A DNA stretch of 64,000 nt from Altibacter sp. (GTDB lineage Bacteria; Bacteroidota; Bacteroidia; Flavobacteriales; Flavobacteriaceae). Positions 9,507-19,843 of the stretch are shown here, in pieces (the first letter of the stretch is position 1; each line of letters opens with the position of its first letter). The DNA is taken from NCBI RefSeq assembly GCF_002696485.1, contig NZ_NZTP01000062.1; one strand, written 5' to 3'. The translations under genes and the position numbers were made by a program. Below the pieces are notes generated by a model. The model did no database searches, had not been told where the DNA came from, and was given only the letters and a program-made list of their open reading frames with translations.

Positions 9507-10304
9507 ATGGGATATTTGAAAAAGACATTAATTGTCGTTCTATCTGTAGTCGTACTGTCTCTTACCTTACTATACGCCATGCAAACAAAACTTCTATTTC
9601 ATCCCACAAAGCTGTCAGAGGATTATACCTACACCTTTTCAGCACCGTTTGAAGAGCTTTTCATGGAGACGACTGACGGAGCGAGGCTTAATGCCCTTCA
9701 TTTTAAAGCAACTGCTCCCAAGGGTATTATTCTTTATTTTCACGGTAACGCCGGCGATCTTTCGCGATGGGGAGCTATCACGACCTATTTTCTTCCTTTC
9801 GGGTATGATGTATTGGTCATGGATTACCGCACTTACGGGAAAAGTACGGGAAAACTTTCTGAAGAGACACTGTATGAAGATGCGCAGCTTTGGTATGAGC
9901 ACCTCCTAAAACAATGGACTGAGGATGCCATCGTGGTTTACGGACGCTCATTGGGAACCACATTGGGAACCTATGTTGCGGCAAAGAACAGCCCTAAGCA
10001 ACTTATCTTAGAAACACCATTTTACAGCATGACCGATGTCGCTCAACGTCGTTTCCCAATCTTACCTATTAAATATTTACTGAAGTTCAATTTTCCAACC
10101 TATTCTTTTGCGGGAAAGATAGAGTGTCCTATCTTAATACTTCACGGAACAAATGATGCGGTGGTTCCGTATGCTTCTGCAAAAGACCTTGAGCTTCAAT
10201 TTCCCGAAGCGTTGGTTTCTTTTGTTACCATAGCGCAGGGCGCCCACAACAATCTCGTGGAGTTTGCCGAATATCACGCTGCTATTGCTGAGGTGCTTAA
10301 TTAA
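9507..10304 (+). CDS. Alpha/beta hydrolase, membrane-anchored (paralog 2)
   Basis: Trimmed to ATG 9507, 1 nt after the paralog 1 stop. It has the same architecture as paralog 1: a TM helix, GRSLGTT and HGTNDAVVP..GAHNN. Confidence 0.75.
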   Translation: MGYLKKTLIVVLSVVVLSLTLLYAMQTKLLFHPTKLSEDYTYTFSAPFEELFMETTDGARLNALHFKATAPKGIILYFHGNAGDLSRWGAITTYFLPFGYDVLVMDYRTYGKSTGKLSEETLYEDAQLWYEHLLKQWTEDAIVVYGRSLGTTLGTYVAAKNSPKQLILETPFYSMTDVAQRRFPILPIKYLLKFNFPTYSFAGKIECPILILHGTNDAVVPYASAKDLELQFPEALVSFVTIAQGAHNNLVEFAEYHAAIAEVLN

Positions 10305-10332
10305 AAAACCCCCGATGTTTCGAGGGTTTTTT
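10303..10332. terminator. Bidirectional terminator
   Basis: The sequence is aaaaaaccccc ga tgtt tcgaggg tttttt. The stem has one mismatch and is flanked by an A-run and a T-run between convergent genes. Confidence 0.5.
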
Positions 10333-10349
10333 ATGAAGTATAGGCCTAA

Positions 10350-10826
10350 CTAATTATCCTTCTTAAGTTTGGCCATTCCCTTTGGGCGATTTTCTAACTT
10401 CTTTCTATTTTCAAGCATTTGAGCCTCCAGTTCTTTCTTTTTTGCTTCTAGTGCAGCTTTTTCAGCTTCTGCTTTTTCCAATTCTGCTTTTTTAGAGGCT
10501 TCCATGTCGTTTTCCAAGGATTTTTTCTTTACAGCAACCATGGCCTTGTTAGACGTGTTTTCTTCGTTAGCTTCGGCTACTACTGCTGTTTTGTCAGCAT
10601 TTTTGGTAACTACCTTGGCTTCTTGGTTCAATTCTCCATTCTCTTCCACTTCGATTACGTCGATATCAGCCTTTGTTTCTTCTACTACTTTAGTAACCAC
10701 CTTATCATTATCGGTCATTGTTACTTTCTTAACTATGGTCTTTTGCTGTACATCCTTATTCTCTTGTGCTTGTAGGGTATATGTCCCTAGCGCAAGCACA
10801 CAAAGTAATCCCATTAATTTTTTCAT
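10350..10826 (-). CDS. Secreted Lys/Glu-rich coiled-coil-like protein, unknown function
   Basis: 158 aa with signal peptide MKKLMGLLCVLALGTYTLQA. The C-terminal region is low-complexity, with KAELEKAEAEKAALEAKKKELE. Confidence 0.55.
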   Translation of the reverse strand: MKKLMGLLCVLALGTYTLQAQENKDVQQKTIVKKVTMTDNDKVVTKVVEETKADIDVIEVEENGELNQEAKVVTKNADKTAVVAEANEENTSNKAMVAVKKKSLENDMEASKKAELEKAEAEKAALEAKKKELEAQMLENRKKLENRPKGMAKLKKDN

Positions 10827-10962
10827 GATTCGGTTTTTTAGATTATAAAGGTAAAAGTAACGAAGGGCTTGTTAAAAGTCTGCCAATTATGAGTCAAAGT
10901 TTTCCTATTTTTTCTGAATAAAGTTCCGCTAAAAATTCTTCCAATTTCTTTTTCTGAAACCT

Positions 10963-10970
10963 TATATTTG
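10963..10970 (+). promoter_or_regulatory. Bacteroidota-type -7 promoter box (TAnnTTTG)
   Basis: TATATTTG lies 20 nt upstream of the ychF ATG. Confidence 0.4.
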
Positions 10971-10990
10971 CACCCTCAAAACAAACTATA

Positions 10991-12085
10991 ATGAAAGCAG
11001 GGATCGTAGGATTACCAAACGTAGGGAAATCCACTCTTTTTAATTGTTTATCAAATGCCAAGGCGCAGAGTGCGAACTTTCCGTTTTGTACCATAGAACC
11101 CAATATTGGTGTTGTGAATGTGCCCGACGAACGGTTGGTAAAACTGGAAGCGATGGTGAAACCAGAGCGCGTGATACCTGCTACTGTGGAGATCGTTGAT
11201 ATTGCAGGCTTGGTGAAAGGTGCCAGCAAGGGAGAAGGGTTGGGTAATCAATTTCTCGGAAACATTCGTGAGACCGATGCGATCTTACATGTTTTGCGAT
11301 GCTTTGATAATGATAACATCGTCCATGTGGACGGAAGCGTGAACCCTATTCGGGATAAGGAGACCATAGATATTGAGCTGCAGCTAAAGGATCTTGAAAC
11401 AGTCGAAAAAAAGCTGGAAAAGGTTAAAAGAGCATCTCGCACAGGAAATAAAGAAGCTGTTAAAGAGGAAGCTGTGCTTCAAAAGATAAAATCGGGATTG
11501 GAAACGGGTATTTCGGTTCGTGCTATAGATCTGTCGGACGAGGAGCGCGCAGAATATGTAAAACCCCTGCAGTTTATTACCGATAAACCAGTCATGTATG
11601 TTTGTAATGTAGATGAGAATTCGGCTGCTCAGGGGAATGATTATGTAGATCAAGTTAAAAAAGCAGTTGCCAATGAAAACGCCGAGGTCATTGTATTGGC
11701 TGTTGGGACTGAAGCAGATATTACAGAGTTAGAAACCTTTGAAGAACGACAGTTGTTTCTGGAAGATCTGGGATTACAAGAGCCCGGGTCGGCAAAGTTG
11801 ATACGTGGCGCTTATAAATTGTTGGACCTCCAAACCTATTTTACGGCAGGTGTGAAAGAAGTACGTGCCTGGACCATTCCGGTGGGGGCGACGGCACCGC
11901 AGGCGGCAGGAGTGATCCATACCGATTTCGAAAAAGGATTTATTCGTGCAGAAGTTATTAAGTACAGCGATTATGTTGCCTTTGGCAGCGAAGCGAAAGT
12001 GAAGGAAGCAGGAAAGATGGGGGTGGAAGGAAAGGAATACATCGTACAAGACGGTGACGTGATGCATTTCCGCTTTAACGTATAA
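10991..12085 (+). CDS. ychF: Redox-regulated ATPase YchF
   Basis: 364 aa with [18 protein letters not shown] and the conserved C-terminal [11 protein letters not shown]. Confidence 0.93.
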   Translation: MKAGIVGLPNVGKSTLFNCLSNAKAQSANFPFCTIEPNIGVVNVPDERLVKLEAMVKPERVIPATVEIVDIAGLVKGASKGEGLGNQFLGNIRETDAILHVLRCFDNDNIVHVDGSVNPIRDKETIDIELQLKDLETVEKKLEKVKRASRTGNKEAVKEEAVLQKIKSGLETGISVRAIDLSDEERAEYVKPLQFITDKPVMYVCNVDENSAAQGNDYVDQVKKAVANENAEVIVLAVGTEADITELETFEERQLFLEDLGLQEPGSAKLIRGAYKLLDLQTYFTAGVKEVRAWTIPVGATAPQAAGVIHTDFEKGFIRAEVIKYSDYVAFGSEAKVKEAGKMGVEGKEYIVQDGDVMHFRFNV

Positions 12086-12087
12086 TG

Positions 12088-12121
12088 AAAAAGGCAGCCA
12101 AGCGGCTGCCGCTTTTTTTTC
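12088..12121. terminator. Rho-independent terminator after ychF (also serves the convergent gene)
   Basis: Stem ggcagcc (12093-12099) / ggctgcc (12104-12110) with a 4-nt loop. A T8 run follows at 12113-12120 and an A-run precedes the stem. Confidence 0.7.
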
Positions 12122-12130
12122 GTGACTGCG

Positions 12131-12958
12131 CTAGAAAGTAACGCGTAAGGCCATTCCTTTATAGGCATCCCCGGTCATTCTATTGACACCTGCGGAAGGA
12201 TATAATGTAACGTTCTCATTCTTCTTTTTATGAAGCTCGGGAACAAAGTACCCCGTTACGGCACCTAATCCATAGCCCAACAAAACATCAGTTAAAAAAT
12301 GTTGCCCGGCCTCCAATCTAAAATATCCTACAGCAGCAGGCAGTACAGCTGCTCCGGTCCAAACCCAGGCCTTCCCTGAAGCATCCGGATTGAAGTCGGA
12401 GAATACCTTTGCTGCGAAGAAAGTAGCCGTAGCAGTGGCTGCAACATGGCCCGAGTAAAAGGATCGCTGACCATTATTGCGCAGTCTTCTGCCCAAATCC
12501 ACATCCTCACTGTATACGTAAGGACGGGACCTGTTTACCAGTCCGGCCGTAATGGTATACATTCCGGCAGTAGTCGCAAGACTTTCAAGATAGAGCCCTA
12601 ATATCTGTCCGGTGTGGTCGTTTGTCTCATCGTCAAATAGCAGAACAAAGGGTGTAGCGAATGAGAGGGCAAAGGGGATATCACTAATCATGTTGGCATC
12701 TTCAGAATCGTTCCCCACTGCCCACTCATCTAAAAAGTTAATATTGTCTTGGTTGGCAAGAATCTCTTGCAGTTCTTCTTCGGTTATATCCTTCTTATTC
12801 TGTATAAGTAAAAGACCTCCCGCACTCGCTCCCAGACCTACTCCGGTCCATATTCCATCGCGTGTCCAATCCCATTCGTAGGGAGAGTCACTCTTTTGCG
12901 CAAAAGTTAGTTGAGAGATACACAGTAGTAAGGAGGTAAAGATTGTTATTTTTTTCAT
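12131..12958 (-). CDS. PAP2-family phosphatase with signal peptide
   Basis: 275 aa. The acid-phosphatase motifs are NRSRP, SFYSGH and RLEAGQHFLTD. Confidence 0.8.
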   Translation of the reverse strand: MKKITIFTSLLLCISQLTFAQKSDSPYEWDWTRDGIWTGVGLGASAGGLLLIQNKKDITEEELQEILANQDNINFLDEWAVGNDSEDANMISDIPFALSFATPFVLLFDDETNDHTGQILGLYLESLATTAGMYTITAGLVNRSRPYVYSEDVDLGRRLRNNGQRSFYSGHVAATATATFFAAKVFSDFNPDASGKAWVWTGAAVLPAAVGYFRLEAGQHFLTDVLLGYGLGAVTGYFVPELHKKKNENVTLYPSAGVNRMTGDAYKGMALRVTF

Positions 12959-13138
12959 TCGTTATAAAAATTCTGAGAAATTTGAAGATGGAATGTCTTG
13001 GTACCACCTTCGGTTCTTATGTACTTTTAAAGACATTTGGTTTCTCAAATATACCGAAGCGATAGGGTGCTTGATTTCTATTTAACATTTCCTTAGTTGA
13101 ATTTTAGGGAATGATTCGGAAATGATATCTTCGTGCTC

Positions 13139-14566
13139 ATGGAACGTTTCAACCCGGAAAGTAAGAAGTGGTGGGTATTAGGAGTAATATTCTCGTTTTT
13201 ATTACTAGAATTCTTCTTTTTCATGGATCGTCCCTTTTTTTGGGATGCACTTACCAAAGCACAACGCGCTAATTGGTTGTATGGGAATGATTTTTCCCGG
13301 TTGGTCGTTCCAACCGAGCTGAACTCGGGACATCCTCCATTGTGGATTGGAGGGATCGCTCTGTTTTGGACGATCTTCGGAAAAGCGATCTGGTCTGCGA
13401 GATTGCTATTGCTTCTTGTGAACTTGGGAGTGTGCTACCAACTTTGGATCTTGGCATCTCGTTTTTTCGGAAAGGAATTGCCGTGGTGGCTGGTATTTCT
13501 GGTTTTTTTGGAGCCAACCTTTATTGCTCAAACTACAAGCCTTAATAATGACATGCTGCTTTTGTTCTTTACGTTGTTTGGCTTGAATACCCTTCTTACG
13601 AACAAATGGAATTGGTATGCATTGGCCTTAAGCGGCGTTTTACTCACCAACTTGCGCGGCATTTATATTTTTTTAGCCCTTGCGGCACTTCATTTTTTTC
13701 TAGTTAGAAAGCAACTGCTGGTATATCAAAGCAAGATGCTAATAGCCTACGGTCTTGGACTTTTAGTGTTCATAGCATTCCTGGTCTATCAATATATTGT
13801 TTTAGGTTGGGTGATCATTACGCCAAATCCGCATTATTCAGGACATAGGGAAGCTGTTCCTGTGAGTAGCGTCTTAAAGAACACGGTAGTCTTTATAAAA
13901 AATATATTGGAAAACGGACGGTTGTTCGTTTGGATACCGCTGCTGTTGCTGTTATGGCGATCTTTCCGAAGAAAAACCCCGCTGTCGTCTTCCATACGTA
14001 CGATGCTGTTGATCTTAACGGTTTTTCTGGTTACCTTTTTCTTAGGATTTGTACCGTTTAGCAACCCAATTGGCCCCCGTTATTTAATGGTGTGTTATTT
14101 ATTGGCAGGGGTCCTGTTCATAAGACTTATGTATGACCTATCCATACAAAAATCACTACGCAGAAGCCTTTTGGTAGTAATAATGATTGGCTATGTAAGC
14201 GGACACTTTTGGATCTATCCGCCCACGATCGCACAAGCCTGGGACAGTTCGTTGGCCTATGTACGATACGATAGTGTAGAAGCCGAAATGCTGGAATTCA
14301 TATCAAAGGAGGATATTCCCATTACTGAAACAGGTACCCAGCTTCGCATGAACTTTAGAAAGATCGCCGCGGCCGATGCTTCCCATGTGCAGGACCTTTA
14401 TTTTGCAAACCCGGATCTGCAGGCGAATTCCTACTATTTGTTGTCCAATATCGAAAATGCTACTTCAGACGAAGAGATACGGCAGCTTCAGCAGCATTGG
14501 CAGGTGATAAAGCGCATCGATAACTGCGGAGTGTTCATCACCCTTTATAAGAATCCCAAGTTTTAA
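13139..14566 (+). CDS. Polytopic membrane glycosyltransferase-like protein (ArnT/PMT, GT39-like)
   Basis: About 475 aa with at least 10 hydrophobic helices followed by a soluble C-terminal domain. ATG 13139 is preferred over GTG 13133. The family call rests on architecture only. Confidence 0.5.
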   Translation: MERFNPESKKWWVLGVIFSFLLLEFFFFMDRPFFWDALTKAQRANWLYGNDFSRLVVPTELNSGHPPLWIGGIALFWTIFGKAIWSARLLLLLVNLGVCYQLWILASRFFGKELPWWLVFLVFLEPTFIAQTTSLNNDMLLLFFTLFGLNTLLTNKWNWYALALSGVLLTNLRGIYIFLALAALHFFLVRKQLLVYQSKMLIAYGLGLLVFIAFLVYQYIVLGWVIITPNPHYSGHREAVPVSSVLKNTVVFIKNILENGRLFVWIPLLLLLWRSFRRKTPLSSSIRTMLLILTVFLVTFFLGFVPFSNPIGPRYLMVCYLLAGVLFIRLMYDLSIQKSLRRSLLVVIMIGYVSGHFWIYPPTIAQAWDSSLAYVRYDSVEAEMLEFISKEDIPITETGTQLRMNFRKIAAADASHVQDLYFANPDLQANSYYLLSNIENATSDEEIRQLQQHWQVIKRIDNCGVFITLYKNPKF

Positions 14567-14722
14567 AAAAATTTATAGTGATTGAAAATGACACCTTTGA
14601 ATGAGCGTGTTGATGCACTATTTTCTTAACAATGACCCTGCATTTATTGTTAATTACTTTCCCTTTTTAAGGTTTCCTTTTTGTAGCTGAAACCCTATAT
14701 TTAGGCACATTCAAGAAAAATC

Positions 14723-16573
14723 ATGTCACAAACACAATACACAGAAGATAACATACGCTCGCTGGATTGGAAGGAGCATATTCGTATGCGCCCGGGTATG
14801 TATATTGGGAAATTGGGAGATGGTTCGTCACCCGATGATGGCATTTACATTTTGCTGAAAGAGGTCATAGATAATTGTATTGACGAATTTGTCATGGGTG
14901 CCGGAAAGACTATTGAAATACGCATCAAGGACAAGGAAGTGAAAGTGCGGGATTATGGAAGAGGAATTCCACTGGGAAAGGTAGTAGATGTGGTTTCCAA
15001 GATGAACACCGGGGGAAAATATGATACGCGCGCCTTTAAAAAATCGGTTGGGCTCAACGGGGTAGGAACCAAAGCTGTTAATGCATTGTCCTCATTTTTC
15101 CGTGTAGAATCGGTTCGAGACAATCAAATAAAGTATGCGCAGTTTAGTCAAGGAGAGCTTACGGAAGATTCAAAAATAGAAGAAAGTTCAAAACGCAAAG
15201 GCACAAAGGTGATCTTTTCACCGGATGAGAGCATTTTTAAGAATTTTAAATTCCGAAGCGAATATGTCGCCAAGATGCTCAAGAATTACGTGTACCTTAA
15301 TCCGGGATTGACCATCGATTTTAATGGTGAGAAGTTCTTTTCGGAAAATGGGCTCAAGGACTTGTTGGAAGATAACATGTCTAAGGAAGATATGTTATAT
15401 CCGGTGATCCACCTCAAAGGAGACGATATTGAGATCGCTCTCACACATAGTAAAACCCAATACAGCGAAGAATACCACAGCTTTGTCAACGGACAAAACA
15501 CCACGCAGGGAGGAACGCACTTAGCGGCATTCCGCGAAAGTATTGTGAAGACCATTCGTGAGTACTTCGGAAAGAACTATGACGCCAGCGATGTGCGTAA
15601 ATCGATTGTATCCGCCATCAGTATTAAAGTCTTGGAGCCTGTGTTTGAGAGTCAGACGAAAACGAAACTTGGTTCTACAGACATGGGAGGGAAGCTGCCT
15701 ACGGTACGAACGTATATCAATGATTTCGTTAAAACGCAGCTTGATAATTACCTGCACAAAAATACCGACATAGCCGAAAAGATCCAACGAAAGATCATGC
15801 AGGCCGAACGAGAGCGCAAGGAGCTATCCGGAATCCGGAAGCTCGCTAAGGACCGTGCGAAGAAAGCCAGTTTACACAATAAGAAGCTGCGTGATTGCCG
15901 TGTTCATTTCGGAGACATCAAGAACGAACGAAATCTGGAGAGTACCTTGTTCATTACCGAGGGAGATTCGGCCAGCGGAAGCATCACTAAAAGTAGAGAT
16001 GTCAATACCCAAGCGGTCTTCAGCTTAAAAGGTAAGCCTTTAAACTGTTACGGGTTAACAAAGAAGATCGTGTATGAGAATGAGGAGTTCAATTTGTTAC
16101 AAGCAGCCCTCAATATTGAAGAGTCCATGGAAGACCTGCGATATAATAACATCGTGATCGCTACTGATGCCGACGTCGATGGGATGCACATTCGGCTGTT
16201 ACTTATCACGTTCTTTCTTCAGTTCTTCCCCGAAATAATAAAAGAAGGGCACTTGTACATCCTGCAAACACCTTTGTTCCGCGTGAGAAACAAAAAAGAA
16301 ACTATTTACTGTTATTCCGAAGAAGAGCGCGTGGCGGCGATTGAAAAACTACGACCAAAGCCGGAGATCACTCGATTTAAAGGTTTGGGTGAGATCTCCC
16401 CCGATGAATTTGTTCATTTCATAGGAGAAGATATGCGGCTCGACCCGGTAATGCTGGACAAATCCATGAGCATTGAGGAACTATTGTCCTTCTACATGGG
16501 CAAGAACACGCCGGACCGGCAAGAGTTCATCATCGATAATTTAAAAGTTGAATTGGACAAGGTTGAAGCCTAA
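14723..16573 (+). CDS. parE: DNA topoisomerase IV subunit B (type IIA topoisomerase B subunit)
   Basis: 616 aa with GHKL ATPase motifs ([26 protein letters not shown]) and Toprim motifs ([20 protein letters not shown]). It sits directly upstream of the A subunit. Confidence 0.88.
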   Translation: MSQTQYTEDNIRSLDWKEHIRMRPGMYIGKLGDGSSPDDGIYILLKEVIDNCIDEFVMGAGKTIEIRIKDKEVKVRDYGRGIPLGKVVDVVSKMNTGGKYDTRAFKKSVGLNGVGTKAVNALSSFFRVESVRDNQIKYAQFSQGELTEDSKIEESSKRKGTKVIFSPDESIFKNFKFRSEYVAKMLKNYVYLNPGLTIDFNGEKFFSENGLKDLLEDNMSKEDMLYPVIHLKGDDIEIALTHSKTQYSEEYHSFVNGQNTTQGGTHLAAFRESIVKTIREYFGKNYDASDVRKSIVSAISIKVLEPVFESQTKTKLGSTDMGGKLPTVRTYINDFVKTQLDNYLHKNTDIAEKIQRKIMQAERERKELSGIRKLAKDRAKKASLHNKKLRDCRVHFGDIKNERNLESTLFITEGDSASGSITKSRDVNTQAVFSLKGKPLNCYGLTKKIVYENEEFNLLQAALNIEESMEDLRYNNIVIATDADVDGMHIRLLLITFFLQFFPEIIKEGHLYILQTPLFRVRNKKETIYCYSEEERVAAIEKLRPKPEITRFKGLGEISPDEFVHFIGEDMRLDPVMLDKSMSIEELLSFYMGKNTPDRQEFIIDNLKVELDKVEA

Positions 16574-16647
16574 TGCAGTTGTTCCGCTGTACACATTGTT
16601 GTATAGATGGCACGAGCATTTTATTTTATTAAAGGGATTAAATTTTA

Positions 16648-19311
16648 ATGAGCGAAGAGTTAGAAAATAACGAAGAAGCAAAGAATACCGGCCCCGATTA
16701 CTTGGGAGAACACGAAGATACCAGTGGCGATACCATTACCAAAGTAACCGGAATGTATCGCGATTGGTTCTTGGATTATGCAAGCTATGTGATCTTGGAG
16801 CGAGCCGTACCTGCCATTGAGGATGGTTTTAAGCCTGTACAAAGACGGATCATGCATTCCATGAAGGATTTGGACGACGGTAGATATAACAAAGTAGCCA
16901 ATATTGTAGGGCATACCATGCAATACCACCCCCATGGAGATGCGAGTATCGCCGACGCCATGGTGCAAATAGGTCAGAAGGACCTGCTAATCGACACCCA
17001 AGGGAATTGGGGAAATATCCTAACCGGTGACCGGGCAGCTGCATCGAGGTATATAGAAGCACGCTTGTCCAAATTTGCATTGGACGTAGTATATAACCCA
17101 AAGATCACTTCTTGGCAAGCCTCTTATGACGGTCGAAAGAAGGAACCTATAAACCTTCCGGTCATGTTTCCGTTGTTACTGGCACAAGGAGCCGAAGGTA
17201 TTGCTGTAGGTCTGTCTACAAAGATTCTTCCGCATAATTTTATAGAATTAATCGATGCTTCCATCAAGCATTTACAAGGCAAACGATTTACCCTATTACC
17301 CGATTTTCCCACCGGCGGAATCATGGATGCTACCGGTTATAATGATGGACTGCGTGGAGGAAAGGTGAGGAGCCGTGCTCGTATCTTACAGCATGACAAG
17401 AACACACTGGTAGTGCGTGAGATACCCTTTGGCACGACAACTACTTCTTTAATAGAATCCATCCTTAAAGCCAACGAAAAAGGGAAAATAAAGATCAAAC
17501 GTATTGAAGATAACACCGCAGCTGAAGTAGAGATCATGATCCATCTGCCCGGGGGAATCTCACCCGATAAGACCATTGATGCCCTGTATGCCTTTACAGC
17601 TTGTGAGACCTCTATCTCACCTTTGGGTTGTGTGATCGAAGAGAATAAGCCACTGTTTATTGGTGTATCTGAAATGCTTCGTCGTTCGACCGACCGCACC
17701 GTGCAACTCCTTAAGAGCGAATTAGAGATACAGTTGGAAGAGCTTGAAGAACAATGGCACTTCGCATCTTTGGAGCGTATCTTCATTGAAAACAGGATCT
17801 ATCGTGATATTGAAGAAGAAGAAACCTGGGAGGGAGTGATTCAAGCGATCGACAAAGGTCTGCAACCTCATATTAAACATTTAAAGCGAGCCATTACGGA
17901 AGAGGATATCGTTCGACTTACGGAAATTCGCATTAAGCGCATTTCAAAGTTCGATATTGATAAAGCACAGCAAAAGATTGATGCGCTGGAAGATCAGATC
18001 GTCGAAGTGAAGCATCACCTTCAACATTTAGTTGAGTACGCCATCGATTATTTTAAGCGGCTCAAGAAAGACTACGGCGAAGGCAAAGAGCGTAAAGCAG
18101 AGATACGCGTGTTCGATGATATTGAAGCAACCAAAGTGGTGATCCGCAACACAAAACTATATGTTAATAGGGAAGAAGGATTTGTAGGAACCAGCCTCAA
18201 GCGAGACGAGTATGTAACTGATTGCAGCGATATTGACGATATTATTGTTTTTACCGAAAACGGGACGATGATGGTTACCAAGGTGGACGCAAAGACCTTT
18301 GTTGGAAAGAATATCCTACATGTTGCCGTCTTCAAGAAAAAAGACAAACGTACTATCTACAACATGATTTACAAGGATGGTCCGCGTGGCGCAACCTATG
18401 TAAAACGCTTCGCAGTGACGTCTATAACACGGGATAAAGAATACGATCTCACGGCGGGAACTTCCGGCTCAAAAGTGCTTTACTTTACAGCAAATCCCAA
18501 TGGGGAGGCCGAAGTTGTCACAGTCCTGCTTCGGCAAACGGGAAGTATCAAGAAACTTAAGTTCGATCTTGATTTCGCCGATCAGTTGGTGAAAGGACGG
18601 GCTTCTAAAGGCAATATTGTAACAAAATACGCTGTAAAGCGCATAGAGCTTAAAGAAAAGGGACTATCTACCCTTAAACCCAGAAAGATATGGTTCGATG
18701 ACACCGTACAACGTCTCAATGTGGACGAACGCGGTGAATTGTTGGGTGAATTTAAAAAGGAAGATCGTTTGCTAATCATTAACCAGAAGGGCATCGTAAA
18801 GACCGTCATCCCCGAGCTAACGCTTCGTTTTGATGATGATATGATCGTTTTGGAGAAATGGGAACCCAACAAGCCCATTTCGGTGATCTATTGGGAAGGT
18901 GAAAAGGAATTGTTCTATGTAAAACGTTTCTTGATAGAGAATGAGGATAAAGAAGAATTGATCATCACAGACCATCCTAAGTCCTATCTGGAACGTGTTT
19001 TTACCGACCATCGTCCGGTAGCTGAGGTTGTTTTTATCAAAGAACGTGGCAAGGAGCGAAAGGATAATGCAGAGGTGAATTTGGAAGAATTTATCGCAGT
19101 AAAAGGAATTACTGCTATGGGGAATCAGTTGACTAAGGATAAGGTGCTTGAGATCAACGCATTGTCACCGTTGCCGTACGACCCGCCAAAGCCGGTTCCT
19201 ACAGAAGATATGGAAGTTGTTGATGAAGAAGCTGTTGTTCCTGAAAATACTTCAGAAGAAAAAGAAAAAGAACCTCCTACCGATGAAGAAGGTCAAACCC
19301 TATTATTCTAG
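16648..19311 (+). CDS. parC: DNA topoisomerase IV subunit A
   Basis: 887 aa with DGFKPVQRRI, HPHGD and the active-site region AAASRYIEARL. The tail is acidic. Confidence 0.88.
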   Translation: MSEELENNEEAKNTGPDYLGEHEDTSGDTITKVTGMYRDWFLDYASYVILERAVPAIEDGFKPVQRRIMHSMKDLDDGRYNKVANIVGHTMQYHPHGDASIADAMVQIGQKDLLIDTQGNWGNILTGDRAAASRYIEARLSKFALDVVYNPKITSWQASYDGRKKEPINLPVMFPLLLAQGAEGIAVGLSTKILPHNFIELIDASIKHLQGKRFTLLPDFPTGGIMDATGYNDGLRGGKVRSRARILQHDKNTLVVREIPFGTTTTSLIESILKANEKGKIKIKRIEDNTAAEVEIMIHLPGGISPDKTIDALYAFTACETSISPLGCVIEENKPLFIGVSEMLRRSTDRTVQLLKSELEIQLEELEEQWHFASLERIFIENRIYRDIEEEETWEGVIQAIDKGLQPHIKHLKRAITEEDIVRLTEIRIKRISKFDIDKAQQKIDALEDQIVEVKHHLQHLVEYAIDYFKRLKKDYGEGKERKAEIRVFDDIEATKVVIRNTKLYVNREEGFVGTSLKRDEYVTDCSDIDDIIVFTENGTMMVTKVDAKTFVGKNILHVAVFKKKDKRTIYNMIYKDGPRGATYVKRFAVTSITRDKEYDLTAGTSGSKVLYFTANPNGEAEVVTVLLRQTGSIKKLKFDLDFADQLVKGRASKGNIVTKYAVKRIELKEKGLSTLKPRKIWFDDTVQRLNVDERGELLGEFKKEDRLLIINQKGIVKTVIPELTLRFDDDMIVLEKWEPNKPISVIYWEGEKELFYVKRFLIENEDKEELIITDHPKSYLERVFTDHRPVAEVVFIKERGKERKDNAEVNLEEFIAVKGITAMGNQLTKDKVLEINALSPLPYDPPKPVPTEDMEVVDEEAVVPENTSEEKEKEPPTDEEGQTLLF

Positions 19312-19320
19312 TTACAATCC

Positions 19321-19758
19321 ATGAGAAGTTTTATTAGAGAGTTTAAAGATTTCGCCATTAAAGGCAACATGATCGATATGGCAGTAGGTATTATTATAGG
19401 TACTGCTTTCAATAATGTTGTTAATACCTTGGTAAAAAAAGTAGTGATGCCACCTCTCTCATTACTTACAGATGACGTAAATCTTGCGAATAGAAAACAT
19501 GTCTTACGAGAAGGGACAGATACAGCCGAAGAAGTGGCCATAGGTTATGGTGAGTTGATAGAGGTATTGATTGACTTTACAATCATCGCCTTTACAATTT
19601 TCGTTGTCATCAAGTTCATTAACCGCTTCAAGAATAGATCGCAAGACCCAAAGAATAAAGAAGTGCCTACACCCAAGGATATAGAACTGCTATCAAATAT
19701 TGAACGTCTTATAGAACATCAAAACACAATTCTGGAGAATCGGGCTAAAAAGTTATAA
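19321..19758 (+). CDS. mscL: Large-conductance mechanosensitive channel
   Basis: 145 aa with FKDFAIKGNMIDMAVGIIIGTAF. It begins 9 nt after the parC stop. Confidence 0.9.
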   Translation: MRSFIREFKDFAIKGNMIDMAVGIIIGTAFNNVVNTLVKKVVMPPLSLLTDDVNLANRKHVLREGTDTAEEVAIGYGELIEVLIDFTIIAFTIFVVIKFINRFKNRSQDPKNKEVPTPKDIELLSNIERLIEHQNTILENRAKKL

Positions 19759-19843
19759 TAATTCTTGTAGGTTTGTAGGATAATTCTTAAATAGCTGACT
19801 CTAACAAAAACACACACAATCTTTTATAGGTTGTCTTAAAAGA

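Noticed and set aside
10350-10826. The repetitive K/E/A-rich coding sequence could be a DNA tandem repeat or CRISPR-like array.
   Set aside because: The repetition is at the amino-acid composition level (coiled-coil-like). There are no regularly spaced identical DNA repeats or spacers.
16660-19011. Multiple 60-150-aa antisense ORFs lie inside parC. Similar ORFs lie inside serA, serC, ychF, the lpx genes, sucD, fabG and the his genes.
   Set aside because: They lie opposite well-supported conserved genes, have low-complexity or Ser/Cys/Arg-rich compositions and contain no recognisable motifs. These are typical shadow ORFs.
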